Positions 42,289-54,313 of a stretch of 64,000 nt of DNA are shown in pieces. This stretch comes from a virus (lineage: Duplodnaviria > Heunggongvirae > Uroviricota > Caudoviricetes). The notes below the pieces were generated by a model that saw only the letters and a program-made list of their open reading frames with translations, searched no databases and was not told where the DNA came from. Positions within the stretch are counted from its first letter, which is position 1. Each line of letters opens with the position of its first letter. The stretch lies in IMG/VR virus record IMGVR_UViG_2909262264_000005; one strand, written 5' to 3'. The position numbers and the translations under genes were made by a program.

Positions 42289-43112
42289 AAAAGGTTATTT
42301 TTGCTTTAGCCATTGTTCTTCCGACCATTGGCCTTGTCGGTTGCGATCGCGTTGAACCAGGTAATGTTGGCATCAAGGTAAATAAACTGGGCGACGACAA
42401 AGGCGTCGGTGAAGTGGTTGGCGTTGGCCGCTACTGGACCGGCTGGAATACTGAAGTTTACATCTTCCCGACCTTCAAACAAATGAAGACCTACGATGAA
42501 CCGTTCAGTTTCCAGATGAGTGACGGTACAACCATCGGCTATCACATCGGCGTGGCCTACAAAGTTGACCCATCCAAAGTTACCACGGTGTTTCAGACCT
42601 ACCGCAAAGGCGTGGATGACATTACCGACACCGACCTGCGTCAAAAGATCGCCGACGCACTCAATCGACTGGCCAGCAAAATGACCACCGACAAATTTAT
42701 CGACGGCGGGAAGTCTGAACTACTGGATGCAGCTCTTAAAGACATTCAGGAGGAAATGACACCCATCGGTATTCAGGTAATGAGCCTCTCATATGTGGGT
42801 AAGCCGGAGTACCCGTCAACCGTTATCGACAGCATTAATGCCAAAGTCACGGCGAACCAGAAAACACTGCAGCGCGAGCAGGAAGTTAAACAGCGCGAAG
42901 CGGAAGCCAACATGTTGCGCGCGGAAGCTGCCGGACAGGCTGATGCGATTCGCACAAAAGCCCAGGCCGAAGCCGATGCTATTCGTTTACGCGGTGAAGC
43001 TCTGCGCCAGAACCCCGGTGTTATGGAGCTGGAAGCCATCAATAAATGGAACGGCACACTGCCGCAATACATGACCAGCGGTGCAAATACACCATTTATC
43101 CAGGTTAAATAA
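42285..43112 (+). CDS. SPFH/band-7 domain lipoprotein
   Basis: Lipoprotein signal with lipobox LVGC; SPFH-like core; C-terminal coiled coil (QREQEVKQREAEANMLRAEAAGQADAIRTKAQAEADAIRLRGEA). Confidence 0.7.
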   Translation: MKKVIFALAIVLPTIGLVGCDRVEPGNVGIKVNKLGDDKGVGEVVGVGRYWTGWNTEVYIFPTFKQMKTYDEPFSFQMSDGTTIGYHIGVAYKVDPSKVTTVFQTYRKGVDDITDTDLRQKIADALNRLASKMTTDKFIDGGKSELLDAALKDIQEEMTPIGIQVMSLSYVGKPEYPSTVIDSINAKVTANQKTLQREQEVKQREAEANMLRAEAAGQADAIRTKAQAEADAIRLRGEALRQNPGVMELEAINKWNGTLPQYMTSGANTPFIQVK

Positions 43113-43149
43113 CTTATATGCCCGGCAGGCCGCCGGGCTAAGGGAAATG

Positions 43150-43512
43150 CAGATGAACACCCAGAATACTCAACCGCAAATAATGAACTATGACCCGAAT
43201 CTGACGTCATGCGGACGCATGGCAAAACAAACCGTTCGATTAACTTTCGGACTATGGGAATACCGCGAAACATTCGAAGTTACTGTCGGCGGCAATCTGA
43301 CCGGACTGGATGTTATCAGTTGCGCTATTGAAAGCCTGTACGAAACGCTGCCTTATGAAGAAGTCGAGGATGAGCGCGATATCATAGCCACCATTAATAT
43401 CGGCGGACTGGAATGCAAGGATGAAAACCTGTCCGGAGAGCTCTGGCTTGCCGGGATGCTTATCTCAGCAGAAATTATCAGTATTGAACCCGCTACAAAC
43501 ATACAGCTCTGA
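43150..43512 (+). CDS. Hypothetical protein (120 aa)
   Basis: AAGGGA RBS; preceded by stem-loop gcccggc-aggcc-gccgggc. Confidence 0.5.
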   Translation, partial: QMNTQNTQPQIMNYDPNLTSCGRMAKQTVRLTFGLWEYRETFEVTVGGNLTGLDVISCAIESLYETLPYEEVEDERDIIATINIGGLECKDENLSGELWLAGMLISAEIISIEPATNIQL

Positions 43513-43543
43513 AGTTCTCACTATTCAGAGAGCAGGAGAAAAA

Positions 43544-43786
43544 ATGTTCGCTTTGATTAATCAAGGGCAACTGTATACCGACAGTGCCGGTTACCCGATA
43601 AAAATTATTCGCTGCATAAACAACACTGTGTTGTACAGAAGAATGGATGGGCGAACACAGTCGGTAAAAATAAACGATTTTAATGAACTGTTTGAACGGC
43701 TCGATCACCAGGAATACCGACAAATTCTGGCAGAAACAGAACAGGAAACTCATCTGAAAAAATTACGGGCCATGAAAAGGAAATAA
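43544..43786 (+). CDS. Small prophage protein (DUF4222-like, tentative)
   Basis: 80 aa; AGGAG 6 nt upstream of ATG. Confidence 0.5.
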   Translation: MFALINQGQLYTDSAGYPIKIIRCINNTVLYRRMDGRTQSVKINDFNELFERLDHQEYRQILAETEQETHLKKLRAMKRK

Positions 43787-43789
43787 AGA

Positions 43790-43936
43790 ATGAATAAAGC
43801 GTTTGAGCTATGGGTACGCCAGCGTTACGGCAATCGCTATGACCTGACGCGAGATGTTGACGGTTTCTACTGCCGTGAAATTGTGAAACGAATGTTTGAA
43901 GTGTGGTGCCACTGCCGTGGGCTGAATGTTGTATGA
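43790..43936 (+). CDS. Small Cys-containing ORF (48 aa, uncertain)
   Basis: MNKAFELWVRQRYGNRYDLTRDVDGFYCREIVKRMFEVWCHCRGLNVV with plausible RBS. Confidence 0.3.
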   Translation: MNKAFELWVRQRYGNRYDLTRDVDGFYCREIVKRMFEVWCHCRGLNVV

Positions 43937-43944
43937 GGTGAACT

Positions 43945-44154
43945 GTGGGGCTGGATTGCGTACCTATATCAACCTACTGCCGCAACGCAGGAGAAACGGT
44001 TGATGCCGTTAACAAACGGATACAAAGAGGAATATGGAAAGAAGGGGTACATGTATTAAAAGTCGACGGAGTTAAAGAACGTTGGGTCGACTTAATGGAG
44101 ATTACAAAATGGGCAAGAAAGAACAAGGATCATTATCTCTCCCTAGAGGAGTAA
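43945..44154 (+). CDS. xis: Excisionase (Xis-like)
   Basis: 69-aa basic protein with GTG start after GAGGTG; overlaps integrase start. Confidence 0.6.
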   Translation: MGLDCVPISTYCRNAGETVDAVNKRIQRGIWKEGVHVLKVDGVKERWVDLMEITKWARKNKDHYLSLEE

Positions 44155-45281
44155 CTATTCGGCAGCATAAAACTGGTAGCACTCTGGTTATCACTTTTAC
44201 ATATAAAGGGGTTCTGTGTCGGGAGCCCCTCTCCAGAATGGAAGTAAACGCGCGCGGTGTGAAGTACGCAGAACGTCTGCTGGGAGAAATAAAAAATCAG
44301 ATTATCGATGGTACCTTCGAATATGCAAAATACTTCCCCAACTCCCAAAAGCTGGAGTTGTTCGGGGGAGTGAAAAAAAACAAAAATATAAAATCTTATC
44401 TGGATGAATACCTGATTATCTGCCAGAACCGTAACCTGTCACCATCGACAATTAGAGGTTATGAAAAATGCTTGTCGGCGCTGTCAGCATTGCATAAATT
44501 TCATGTATCAGAACTGACACCTGCTGTACTAAAAAACTGGATCGCCAGCAGAAAAACAAAACTGAAAACGATCCGCAATAATCTTTCGTTTCTGCGCAGC
44601 GCCATAGATGAAGCGGTGACCGATGGTTTGTTAACAATAAATCCTGTCACGCTAGTCAGCGCCAGCCGGTATCACGTATTGGACAACACACCAGGCAGTG
44701 GTGATTACGAGGTCGATCCCTTTACACCAGCGGAGACGGCAGCAATCTATGACGCCTGTCATTACCCGGAATGGCGAAATCTGTTTCGCTTTGCCTTTAA
44801 TACCGGACTGCGTAGCTCAGAATTGTGCGCGTTGCGCTGGACGGATATAGACTTCATCGGCAACACCGCGCATGTTCAAACTGCAAGCGTAGTCGGGGTA
44901 ATCAAAAGCACCAAAACAAAAGCCGGCACCCGCAAAGTGCAACTGAACAGCGAAGCGCTGGCGGCTCTTCAGGCACAAAAGCCCTACACGGCGCTAAAGA
45001 GCGACTTCATATTCAGCGATCCGAAAACTCGCGCTCCTTGGGCAAACGCAGATGCGATCCGAAAAAAAGCCTGGGTACCAACCCTTAAAAAAGCTGGTGT
45101 ACGCTATCGCAATCCGTACCAGACACGCCACACGTTCGCCACACGGCACATTAGCCAGGGCGTTAACCTGTTCTGGCTTGCTGGTCAGATGGGACATAAA
45201 GGACCGGAAATGCTGTTCAGACATTACGGCTCTTACCTTGCAGAATACGATGGAAAAACGGCGATTTCTGCAGCCCCGTAA
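44109..45281 (+). CDS. int: Tyrosine integrase
   Basis: C-terminal catalytic residues in ...RHTFATRHISQGVNLFWLAGQMGHKGPEMLFRHYGSY; sits beside the att core at 45414-45440. Confidence 0.9.
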   Translation: MGKKEQGSLSLPRGVTIRQHKTGSTLVITFTYKGVLCREPLSRMEVNARGVKYAERLLGEIKNQIIDGTFEYAKYFPNSQKLELFGGVKKNKNIKSYLDEYLIICQNRNLSPSTIRGYEKCLSALSALHKFHVSELTPAVLKNWIASRKTKLKTIRNNLSFLRSAIDEAVTDGLLTINPVTLVSASRYHVLDNTPGSGDYEVDPFTPAETAAIYDACHYPEWRNLFRFAFNTGLRSSELCALRWTDIDFIGNTAHVQTASVVGVIKSTKTKAGTRKVQLNSEALAALQAQKPYTALKSDFIFSDPKTRAPWANADAIRKKAWVPTLKKAGVRYRNPYQTRHTFATRHISQGVNLFWLAGQMGHKGPEMLFRHYGSYLAEYDGKTAISAAP

Positions 45282-45413
45282 CGGCAAAATATTTCAAAAT
45301 GTTGTACAGAATCAGGACGTTACCGGGACAACAATATGTACGTAAAATGCACATAATTCATTGTTTGAAAAAATAAATCGTTCATATTCAGTAAATTAGA
45401 TTAATCACGATCA

Positions 45414-45440
45414 CGGGTTCAACTCCCGCCAGCTCCACCA
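45414..45440 (+). repeat. 27-bp att core (junction between prophage A and prophage B)
   Basis: Exact copy of ssrA 3' end; flanking sequence resembles the phage arm next to ssrA. Confidence 0.75.
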
Positions 45441-45570
45441 ATCATGATTGGACGGTGTAAGGACAACACCAACAAAAACAGGAAGTTAGCAGTCTCAGCA
45501 GGACACCGACCAGACGGTGAGGAGACAAAAAAGGATACGCAAAGGAGCCGCGGCTCTCGAGTGACACAAA

Positions 45571-45598
45571 AGCCCGCTTATGCGGGCTTTTTGTTTTT
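45571..45598 (+). terminator. Intrinsic terminator
   Basis: agcccgc-ttat-gcgggct followed by ttttgttttt. Confidence 0.55.
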
Positions 45599-45674
45599 CC
45601 CTTAAGTTCCTAGCCGCTTATCTATAACTATGGAAAAATGTTAACCCTGACTGTATGTTAACAAAGGGATGTAT

Positions 45675-46883
45675 ATGTCGGTTTTTCATAACTGGCTGCT
45701 TGATATCGCAAGCGGGAATTACTTTATCTACATCAAACGCCTTTCTGCAAACGACACAGGCGCAACAGGTGGCCATCAGGTCGGACTTTATATCCCCTCA
45801 AATATCGTTGAAAAGCTTTTTCCATCTATCAATCATACTCGCGAACTGAACCCTTCAGTCTTCCTTACTGCGCATGTATCATCCCATGATTGCCCTGATA
45901 CCCAAGCACGCGCAATTTATTACAACAACCGTTATTTTGGTAAGACCCGAAACGAAAAAAGAATTACGCGCTGGGGGAGAGGAAGTCCATTACAGAACCC
46001 TGAAAATACAGGAGCCCTCACAATTCTTGCTTTCAGGTTAAACGAACAGAACACTGACTGTTCCGAGGTAGATATATGGGTCTGCGTCAATCCCGATGAA
46101 GAGGATATCATCGAGTCTGCTATTGGCGAAATCATACCTGGAACCCTAATTTCCGGCCCTGCCGGACAAATTTTGGGCGGATTGTCTCTTCAGCAAACTC
46201 CAGTAAATCATAAATATGTTATTCCTGAAGACTGGAAGAAGCGTTTTCCTTCTGGAAACGAAATTATTCAATATGCTGCTGGCCATTATGCTAAAAACTC
46301 CAAGGATCCAGATGAGCAACTGATTGACCGTCGGCGTGTCGAGTATGATATTTTTCTACTCGTCGAGGAATTACATGTTATTGATATTATTAAGAAAGGA
46401 TTCGATTCTGTAGATGAGTTTATTGCATTAGCCAACTCTGTCAGTAATCGACGTAAATCAAGGGCAGGCAAATCACTTGAACTTCACCTAGAGAAGCTTT
46501 TTATCGAGCACGGACTACGGCATTTCTCCACTCAGGCAGTTACTGAAGGTAATAAAAAACCAGATTTCCTGTTTCCTTCAGCAGAGGCATATCATAACGT
46601 TGAATTTCCTGTAGAAAACTTACGTATGCTGGCAGTAAAGACCACCTGCAAAGATCGCTGGCGTCAGATACTGAATGAAGCAGATAAAATCCATCAGGTA
46701 CATTTATTTACACTGCAAGAAGGTGTTTCTTCAGCACAATACCGAGAAATGAAAGATGCGGGTGTCAGACTCGTTGTACCATCAACTTTACATAAAAAAT
46801 ACCCAGAAGCAGTTAGAGAAGAATTAATAACGCTCGGAGCATTCATTACTGAGCTGATAGAGCTTTACGCTGAACTATCATAG
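45675..46883 (+). CDS. Type IIE restriction endonuclease, EcoRII-like (predicted CCWGG specificity)
   Basis: 402 aa; N-terminus MSVFHNWLL...YIKRLSANDTGATGGHQVGLYIP recalled as EcoRII effector domain; C-terminal PD-(D/E)xK motif (KPDFLF ... VENLRMLAVKTTCK). Confidence 0.8.
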   Translation: MSVFHNWLLDIASGNYFIYIKRLSANDTGATGGHQVGLYIPSNIVEKLFPSINHTRELNPSVFLTAHVSSHDCPDTQARAIYYNNRYFGKTRNEKRITRWGRGSPLQNPENTGALTILAFRLNEQNTDCSEVDIWVCVNPDEEDIIESAIGEIIPGTLISGPAGQILGGLSLQQTPVNHKYVIPEDWKKRFPSGNEIIQYAAGHYAKNSKDPDEQLIDRRRVEYDIFLLVEELHVIDIIKKGFDSVDEFIALANSVSNRRKSRAGKSLELHLEKLFIEHGLRHFSTQAVTEGNKKPDFLFPSAEAYHNVEFPVENLRMLAVKTTCKDRWRQILNEADKIHQVHLFTLQEGVSSAQYREMKDAGVRLVVPSTLHKKYPEAVREELITLGAFITELIELYAELS

Positions 46884-46888
46884 GCTGA

Positions 46889-46911
46889 CTCCCGGCTTAA
46901 AAGGCCGGGAG
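46889..46911. terminator. Bidirectional hairpin between convergent R and M genes
   Basis: ctcccggc-ttaaaag-gccgggag. Confidence 0.45.
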
Positions 46912-46917
46912 ATGTTC

Positions 46918-48351
46918 TCAAGGCTGCCCAGTCTTACCAGCATCAGCAGAAACAGCTTTGAGGATATAGGGTTCCAGAAGTCTGGCAACAGCTTCAAATA
47001 CTGGCACCACAACTGAGTTACCGAACTGCCGATATGACTGAGTATCTGAAACCGGAATACGGAATGGTTTCCCTCCAGGTTTTTCAAATCCCATAAGGCG
47101 TGCGCACTCTCGGGGAGTCAGCCTGCGTGGTCGACGAGCCTGATTACTCTCATTCATAAAGTCAGCCTCTCCCGTTGCCATATCCCAACCACGATCAATA
47201 AGAATTTCTGATCCGTCTTTGTGATATCTGGCAGAAAGTGTGCGTGCAATGCTTTCCTTATTCTCAGGATTGACCAACCCAAAGCCAAAACCATTCCCCT
47301 TGGCTGCATGCTTTTTGGCGTAGTTATAAAGGTACTCCCATAGTTTTGGCGTAAGTATATATTTACTGTCGACTACAGGCTCCAGCAATTCACCAAATGA
47401 TGGGCGGTGTTCCGGATAAAAACGACTGATATCACGCAAGGTAAACCCCTTGTGAATATTCAGATCTCGTCTAAATCCGACCAGAACAATACGTTCACGA
47501 TGCTGAGGCAAAAAATGCTTCCCATCGATAATCTTTGGATCGTTTTTTCCCATTTCTGCAGCATCGGCAACTTCGTAGCCCAGCTCGTCAAGGGTCTCCA
47601 TAATGACTTTGAAAGTTTTACCCTTATCATGGCTCTTCAGATTTTTGACATTTTCCAGCACAAAAATTGCCGGTTTTTTTGCTCGTATAATACGTGCCAC
47701 GTCAAAAAAAAGTGTTCCTTGTGCTTCACATTCAAAACCATGCGCACGACCAAGTGAGTTTTTCTTACTAACACCAGCAAGGCTAAATGGCTGGCACGGG
47801 AACCCCGCAAGAAGCACATCATGATCCGGCACATGCTCATCAATATATGCATAAGCATCCGTTTCCAATACATCGGTTTTATCACTCAGCGTGACTTCCC
47901 GAATATCGAGATTGAATTTATGCACCTGTTCATCGTTAAACCAGTTGGCCTTGTATGTACGCACAGCATCTTTATTCCATTCACTGGTAAAAACACACTG
48001 GCCTCCAATGGCCTCAAAACCTTTCCGTATCCCTCCAATTCCAGCAAATAAGTCAATGAAGCGGAAAGCATATTCCGGATGGTTTGCAGGTGGTTCTGGT
48101 AGCATCTTACGCAGAAGAGACTCTTCTACTGAAGTCAACGATTTTGGTAAACACTTGCCATTAATCCAGCGGTTAATGGTTTCACGGCTCCACTCATTTT
48201 TTCCGACTTTTCTCAGTAATTCAGCCACATACTTCTGATCATAGATTTCCAGCACTTTCTCGATAAGCTTTTTATCATTTTCCTGTCGCAGCTTTTCTTC
48301 CGCCTCGGCTTCCTTCAGCAGATGCTGTGCCAACACTTCAAATTCAGACAT
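46918..48351 (-). CDS. DNA cytosine-5 methyltransferase, Dcm / M.EcoRII-like
   Basis: 477 aa from ATG 48351 (GGAGG RBS); motif [14 protein letters not shown] catalytic motif ([11 protein letters not shown]), ENV (FVLENVKNL); recalled as highly similar to E. coli Dcm. Confidence 0.9.
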   Translation of the reverse strand: MSEFEVLAQHLLKEAEAEEKLRQENDKKLIEKVLEIYDQKYVAELLRKVGKNEWSRETINRWINGKCLPKSLTSVEESLLRKMLPEPPANHPEYAFRFIDLFAGIGGIRKGFEAIGGQCVFTSEWNKDAVRTYKANWFNDEQVHKFNLDIREVTLSDKTDVLETDAYAYIDEHVPDHDVLLAGFPCQPFSLAGVSKKNSLGRAHGFECEAQGTLFFDVARIIRAKKPAIFVLENVKNLKSHDKGKTFKVIMETLDELGYEVADAAEMGKNDPKIIDGKHFLPQHRERIVLVGFRRDLNIHKGFTLRDISRFYPEHRPSFGELLEPVVDSKYILTPKLWEYLYNYAKKHAAKGNGFGFGLVNPENKESIARTLSARYHKDGSEILIDRGWDMATGEADFMNESNQARRPRRLTPRECARLMGFEKPGGKPFRIPVSDTQSYRQFGNSVVVPVFEAVARLLEPYILKAVSADAGKTGQP

Positions 48352-48712
48352 AATTCCTCCAAGGGGTCTAATGGGTGAAACTTTATCACTCATTCAACCC
48401 AGAAGGAAATGTTTTATCTGGATATTTAAACAGTGACTACAACGTAATCTAGCACTGGTGATGCTTTGTTAGGCATAGAGAATCATTCTATATACGACTA
48501 ATGACAGAAAAACAGCAGACAAGTAGTTTGTTCATAAATTAACGCATACTATGTGTCTACGGTTTTCGAGACCGGTCCAATCATCAAACGAAACATAAAA
48601 TTAGCTCACATTATGAGGAAAAGTATCTTTTTTGTACTATGTAAATTCAAAGGCTTAGCCTCATTTCTCCGATGGTTTTCTCAACACTACTGGTTGTGAG
48701 CCCTTGCAATGA

Positions 48713-49531
<819 letters not shown>

Positions 49532-49553
49532 GTCTTTAAGTGATAAGCATAAA

Positions 49554-49598
49554 CCGCAGCACGTCATGCATACGTCGTGTCTGCGGTTTTTCTTTTTT
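49554..49598 (+). terminator. Hairpin terminator between cargo island and tail genes
   Basis: ccgcagcacgtc...gacgtgtctgcgg followed by tttttcttttttg; homologous hairpin in prophage A at 1531-1575. Confidence 0.5.
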
Positions 49599-49600
49599 GC

Positions 49601-50185
49601 TTACACGGTGTCTGGTTCTTCTGGCCACTCAATATCCGGTGCAGTTGATGTATCAACACGGTTCAGCAACACCCGATACTTTTTCCAGGCTTCCAGCAAT
49701 GAGGTTTCTTCCTCCGTTGCGATTTCCAGATCTACAGCATCCTGAAGTGGCGCAATATGCTCACTGGCTACCTGCATCAGGCTGTTTTTTGTTTCTTCCG
49801 CCTCTCGGATCCGGAACAGTTTTTCTGCTTCTGCATCTTTCACCCAGGCTGTGCCGTTCCACTTCTGAAACTCCCCTTCCGGCGATAACCAGGTAACATT
49901 TTCCGGTAACGGACCGAGTTCAGAAATAAATAACGCGTCCCCTGACGCTACGTCATAAACCGTTTTACCCCGATGGTCTTCATCGAGATGCCACGATGCC
50001 TTATCACTGTTGAAAACAGCCACAAAGCCAGCAGGAATATCTGGTGGTGCAATATCGGTACTGTTTGCTGGCAGACCTGTATGAGGCGGAATATATGCGT
50101 CACCTTCACCAATAAATTCATTAGTTCCGGCCAGCAGATTATAAATTTTTATGGTCCGTGGTTGTTCACTCATTCTGAATGCCAT
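49601..50185 (-). CDS. Tail fibre assembly protein (Tfa)
   Basis: ~96% identical to the prophage A copy. Confidence 0.8.
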   Translation of the reverse strand: MAFRMSEQPRTIKIYNLLAGTNEFIGEGDAYIPPHTGLPANSTDIAPPDIPAGFVAVFNSDKASWHLDEDHRGKTVYDVASGDALFISELGPLPENVTWLSPEGEFQKWNGTAWVKDAEAEKLFRIREAEETKNSLMQVASEHIAPLQDAVDLEIATEEETSLLEAWKKYRVLLNRVDTSTAPDIEWPEEPDTV

Positions 50186-53100
50186 TATGCAAGCCTCACA
50201 ATATAGTTAAATGCGATGTTTTTGACGGTGTTTTCCGCGTTACCAGCAGCGTTAACGGTGATGGTGTGTCCATGTGAACCAATCGCAACGGAGTGCGTAT
50301 GAGCACCAATACCGACAGTATGCGCGTGTGCACCTGCAGATGCTGCTGTGCCGGACAGTGAATGGCTATGATTACCATCTGTACTGGTATTCGCTAACCA
50401 CCCCGTAGACATACCTACTGAGCCTTGTACACCCCAGGTATTTTGACCTGAGCTTGTATAACCATATTGATAAGTATCTTTAAAAACACTGGGGTTAAAT
50501 CGACGGCCATCTCTATGGCTGTGATTACCAGCTGCATTCGTGCTGCCACTTAAACTATGGGTATGCGCACCAGTGTTATTCGTGGATTTAGTGCCGTAAT
50601 CAAACGACGATGTGGTTTTCGTCCCCAAATCCGTACTGGATGCGCTGGCGCTGTGGGTATGCGATTTAATGCCATCCTGTTCCTGAGACAATACGGCACG
50701 ACCACTGGCGGGCTTGCCCTTAATCGTCCAGCCACGCAAATCAGGGATCACGCCTGACGGATAAGCGGCAGCAAGTTTCGGGTAGGCAGATTTGTCAAAA
50801 GTCTGCCCCTGCATCAGGGCATAACCAGACGGAACGGTATCTGATGGCCACGGGATTGGTGCGCCGACTGGGTAGCTTTCTGGTGGAAGATTTTTCGAGG
50901 TATAAACTTCTGCCCAGTCTTCCTCAAAACCATAGCCATCTCTTGAAGAACGGTAGAACAGACCACCATTTCTGTAATGCGCCTTCATCTGCAGGGTCCG
51001 GCAACTTCCGACTCCGGTATAGAAGTTAACCAGAATATAGCTGTCGCCAGAGCGGGTGACATTGTAAGCGCCTGATTCGGCATTCCAGGGAACGCCACCA
51101 TCCGCATCGGCATATGTATCCGTTGCCCTTCTGGCAAAAGCAGCCACATGCGCGGCGGTTAAAGTAATATCTTTGGAACCATCAAACTCAACACCAGAAA
51201 CCAGTCTTGGCGTTTGCAGCTTTGTTGCTGTTAATGCATTACCGTTCAGACTTGCGGACAGTTTGGTTCCAATAACCAGTTCGCCGGTTGCGTTATCAAT
51301 AGCAAACGGTCTTAATGTATTCCAGCCACCATAAACATCACCTTGATTGGTAAGCAGCAGGTAAGTTTTAGCGCCATCATTACGCCATAATGCCCCATAC
51401 TCCCCACCTATCATTCGAATCTGATTACCACCACGCGCTACAATTTCGTCTGTGGCAAAAAGTTTTTTGCACGACAAGTTATCGTTAACGATTAACGAAT
51501 GAGACTCATAAAAACCACGCCCACTCTTAAAATCAAGGATAACGTCCGCCGCGATACATTCAGTCGCCGGATTTGTTGCCCCAAACTTATAGGTCGTATC
51601 ATTAACAACGAGATCAGCACCAGGTGCGGATATTGACAGGCCATCTTCGATAAACGCAAAAACAGGGAAAGCAGCGCCATCAACATAGAACACAGAGCGC
51701 AAATCATCGCCCTTATTACTCATCATTATTGAGTGGATGGCTCGTTCATTGTTTTGATATTGCCAGAACATTCCATAAGCATAACGCCCCCTGTCAGTCC
51801 AGCCACCAGGCATAACAAATCCGTTAAACTCGCAGTTATTCATCGGATCGCCTGCGGTTCGCGGTGCCGTGGTGATAATGACCCTTGATGCCAGTTCGCT
51901 TACTGAGCCAGCAGAACGCATAACAACAACAGGGTAATATTTTCCAGATGTTGCACCTGCAGGAGCGTTAACCCGCACATAACGCATACCACGCTTATCA
52001 GCAAAGTCTGTTTTACTGACCGCGTTAATGTTGTTCAGGAAGCGTCCCTTATCGGGTATATCAGCGCCGTTCTGGTCTTTCTGCAGACGTTTCTCTGCAT
52101 TGTCATAGGCTGATTTTACTGCCTTTGGCGTTGCCGCCAGCGTTTCAGACGTACTGTTGGTCGCACTGCTGAGCTGTACTATCCCCTTTTTCGTCGTACT
52201 TGCATCCTCAAGCGCCACGGCGGATGCAATATCCTCTGCCCGTTTAGCTGCTGTCTCGGCGCGCGTTGCCGCGGATTCCGCCGTACTTTTGCTCTGTGCT
52301 GCCGCCGTCGCACTGCCAGCTGCCTCTGTCGCCTTCGTGGATGCTGTCGTGGCGCTGCCCTTCGCTGCTGACGCCTGTCTGGTCGCCTCATCTTTTGAAG
52401 CAGACGCCGATGATGCCGATGACGCCGCCGAACTGGCGGACGATGCGGCAGCCGTTTTTGAGGATTCTGCGCTGGTTTCCGACGCTTTCGCGTTCGTCTC
52501 GGATGTCTTCGCTGCGGAAGCAGACCTCGCTGCTGCACTGGCCTGTTCAGTGGCTTCGCCAGCCTTCGTTGTGGCTGTTGAAGCGGACGATGCGGCGCTT
52601 TCTGCCGATTTTCCGGCGGCGCTAGCACTGGCTGAGGCCTGCCCGGCACTTGTTGACGCGGCACTGGCAGATGATGCAGCCGCTGTTTTTGAGCCTGCCG
52701 CAGCTGAGGCACTCTGTCCCGCTGCCGTTTCAGAAGACTTAGCGTTCGTCTCGGACGTTTTTGCCGCCTTCGCAGAATTTGCTGCCGCCGTTGCCGAGGA
52801 AGCGGCACTACTGGCGCTTGATGATGCGTTCGTTTCTGATGATTTCGCTGCCTCTTTTGAGGCCGCCGCATCCCGGGCTGAGGTGGCAGCTTCTGACGCC
52901 TTCGTGGTCGCGGCGGATGCAGAAGTGGCTGCAGATTTTTGTGACGCTGCCGCATTCGTTTCTGACGTTTTCGCGGCACTGGCACTGGTAGCTGCCGCGC
53001 TTTTTGAGGACTCTGCAGCAGCAGCACTTTTCGATGCTTCAGTGGCCTTTGTTGATGCCGTTCCTGCGCTGGAAGACGCCTCCTGAGCCGAAGTCGCGGC

Positions 53101-53589
53101 CTGTCCGGCTGACGTGCTGGCTGCACGCGCTGAGCCTGCAGCATCAGTCGCATGGGTTGCCGCCTCACGGGCAGATGTGCCGGCATCGCCGGCTGACTTC
53201 TTCGCGGCTGCCGTGTTCTGTGCCACCGCGGACGCGTTACGCGCCACCTCTTCCACCATCAGTTCAAAACGGCGCAGAGCCTCCGGACGGGCATCATCCT
53301 CCGTCATGGCACCGAGAAAATCATTCAGCGTACCGGGTCGGGAATCTTCATACACGGTGATGGTCCCGGCATGTGACGGCGGGAATCCTTCCACCAACAG
53401 AATAACGCTGTACTGACCGTACTCAACGTCCATGCTGTAACGCCCGGCTTCATCCGGATTTTCTGAGGCCAGCGTGTTCACCACCACCGTGGTGCTGTTA
53501 CGTTTTGCTTTCAGCTGGATTGTGCAGTTCTGTACCGGTTTTCCTGTGCCGTCTTTCAGTACACCTGAAATCTTTACTGCCATATTCAC
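50185..53589 (-). CDS. Side tail fibre protein
   Basis: 1134 aa; shares N-terminal Ala-rich rod and C-terminal His-rich region with the prophage A fibre but has a different central segment. Confidence 0.85.
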   Translation of the reverse strand: MNMAVKISGVLKDGTGKPVQNCTIQLKAKRNSTTVVVNTLASENPDEAGRYSMDVEYGQYSVILLVEGFPPSHAGTITVYEDSRPGTLNDFLGAMTEDDARPEALRRFELMVEEVARNASAVAQNTAAAKKSAGDAGTSAREAATHATDAAGSARAASTSAGQAATSAQEASSSAGTASTKATEASKSAAAAESSKSAAATSASAAKTSETNAAASQKSAATSASAATTKASEAATSARDAAASKEAAKSSETNASSSASSAASSATAAANSAKAAKTSETNAKSSETAAGQSASAAAGSKTAAASSASAASTSAGQASASASAAGKSAESAASSASTATTKAGEATEQASAAARSASAAKTSETNAKASETSAESSKTAAASSASSAASSASSASASKDEATRQASAAKGSATTASTKATEAAGSATAAAQSKSTAESAATRAETAAKRAEDIASAVALEDASTTKKGIVQLSSATNSTSETLAATPKAVKSAYDNAEKRLQKDQNGADIPDKGRFLNNINAVSKTDFADKRGMRYVRVNAPAGATSGKYYPVVVMRSAGSVSELASRVIITTAPRTAGDPMNNCEFNGFVMPGGWTDRGRYAYGMFWQYQNNERAIHSIMMSNKGDDLRSVFYVDGAAFPVFAFIEDGLSISAPGADLVVNDTTYKFGATNPATECIAADVILDFKSGRGFYESHSLIVNDNLSCKKLFATDEIVARGGNQIRMIGGEYGALWRNDGAKTYLLLTNQGDVYGGWNTLRPFAIDNATGELVIGTKLSASLNGNALTATKLQTPRLVSGVEFDGSKDITLTAAHVAAFARRATDTYADADGGVPWNAESGAYNVTRSGDSYILVNFYTGVGSCRTLQMKAHYRNGGLFYRSSRDGYGFEEDWAEVYTSKNLPPESYPVGAPIPWPSDTVPSGYALMQGQTFDKSAYPKLAAAYPSGVIPDLRGWTIKGKPASGRAVLSQEQDGIKSHTHSASASSTDLGTKTTSSFDYGTKSTNNTGAHTHSLSGSTNAAGNHSHRDGRRFNPSVFKDTYQYGYTSSGQNTWGVQGSVGMSTGWLANTSTDGNHSHSLSGTAASAGAHAHTVGIGAHTHSVAIGSHGHTITVNAAGNAENTVKNIAFNYIVRLA

Positions 53590-53647
53590 CCCACAAAAAA
53601 GCCCGCCTGAACCGGCGGGCTGTCATAACACTGTGTTACCTGGCTAA

Positions 53648-54247
53648 TCAGAATTTATAACCGACACCCACGATGAAACCGTCAGTGCGCCAGTCGCCAC
53701 TGCCGGAGCCTTCATAAGCAATATCAATGGCCACGGATTCGGTCGGGTTAAACTGCACGCCAGCTCCCCACGCCAGAGACGTGTTGCTGTGGCGACCGTC
53801 ATCACTTCCGGTCAGCACGTCGTGCGTTTTCCCCTTGTTGTCAGTTACGCGGAGATAATCCCCGGAGAAAGTCGACACACGGCTGTAAGCCACGCCTGCC
53901 ATCGCATACGCGCTGAACCATTCATTCACGCGTACAGACGGCCCCGCCATCACGCTGAACCAGCGGTTACGCACGGAATCTTCATGCCAGCGGGTATCGC
54001 TGTAATGGGTCAGCTGGCGATTCTTGTCTCCTGCATAGCTGAACGACGTCACCATCCCCAGTGTGTCCGTAAACTCATAACGGTATTTCACGTTAATCCC
54101 GTTCAGATCATCACTGCCGGGAACGTTCGTCCGGGCATGAAGATACCCCGCGCTCAGCGTGGACTGATGTTCAGACGCCCATGCAGGCGCACCGGATACG
54201 GCCAGACAAATGGCTGCGGACAAAATGGCGGCATAAAGTTTACGCAT
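53648..54247 (-). CDS. lom: Lom-like outer-membrane protein
   Basis: 199-aa paralogue of the prophage A Lom. Confidence 0.8.
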   Translation of the reverse strand: MRKLYAAILSAAICLAVSGAPAWASEHQSTLSAGYLHARTNVPGSDDLNGINVKYRYEFTDTLGMVTSFSYAGDKNRQLTHYSDTRWHEDSVRNRWFSVMAGPSVRVNEWFSAYAMAGVAYSRVSTFSGDYLRVTDNKGKTHDVLTGSDDGRHSNTSLAWGAGVQFNPTESVAIDIAYEGSGSGDWRTDGFIVGVGYKF

Positions 54248-54313
54248 AATTACCTCTCGCTTTTCTGCAATAAAAAAGGCGTCATTTCTGACGCCCGTTC
54301 TGGGTTATAAAAT

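Noticed and set aside
45441-45668. Possibility that the second att copy marks the end of a single prophage with host DNA beyond it
   Set aside because: Sequence right of the core resembles the phage arm found right of ssrA, and a second complete lambdoid tail module follows in the same orientation, so a tandem second prophage is the better explanation.
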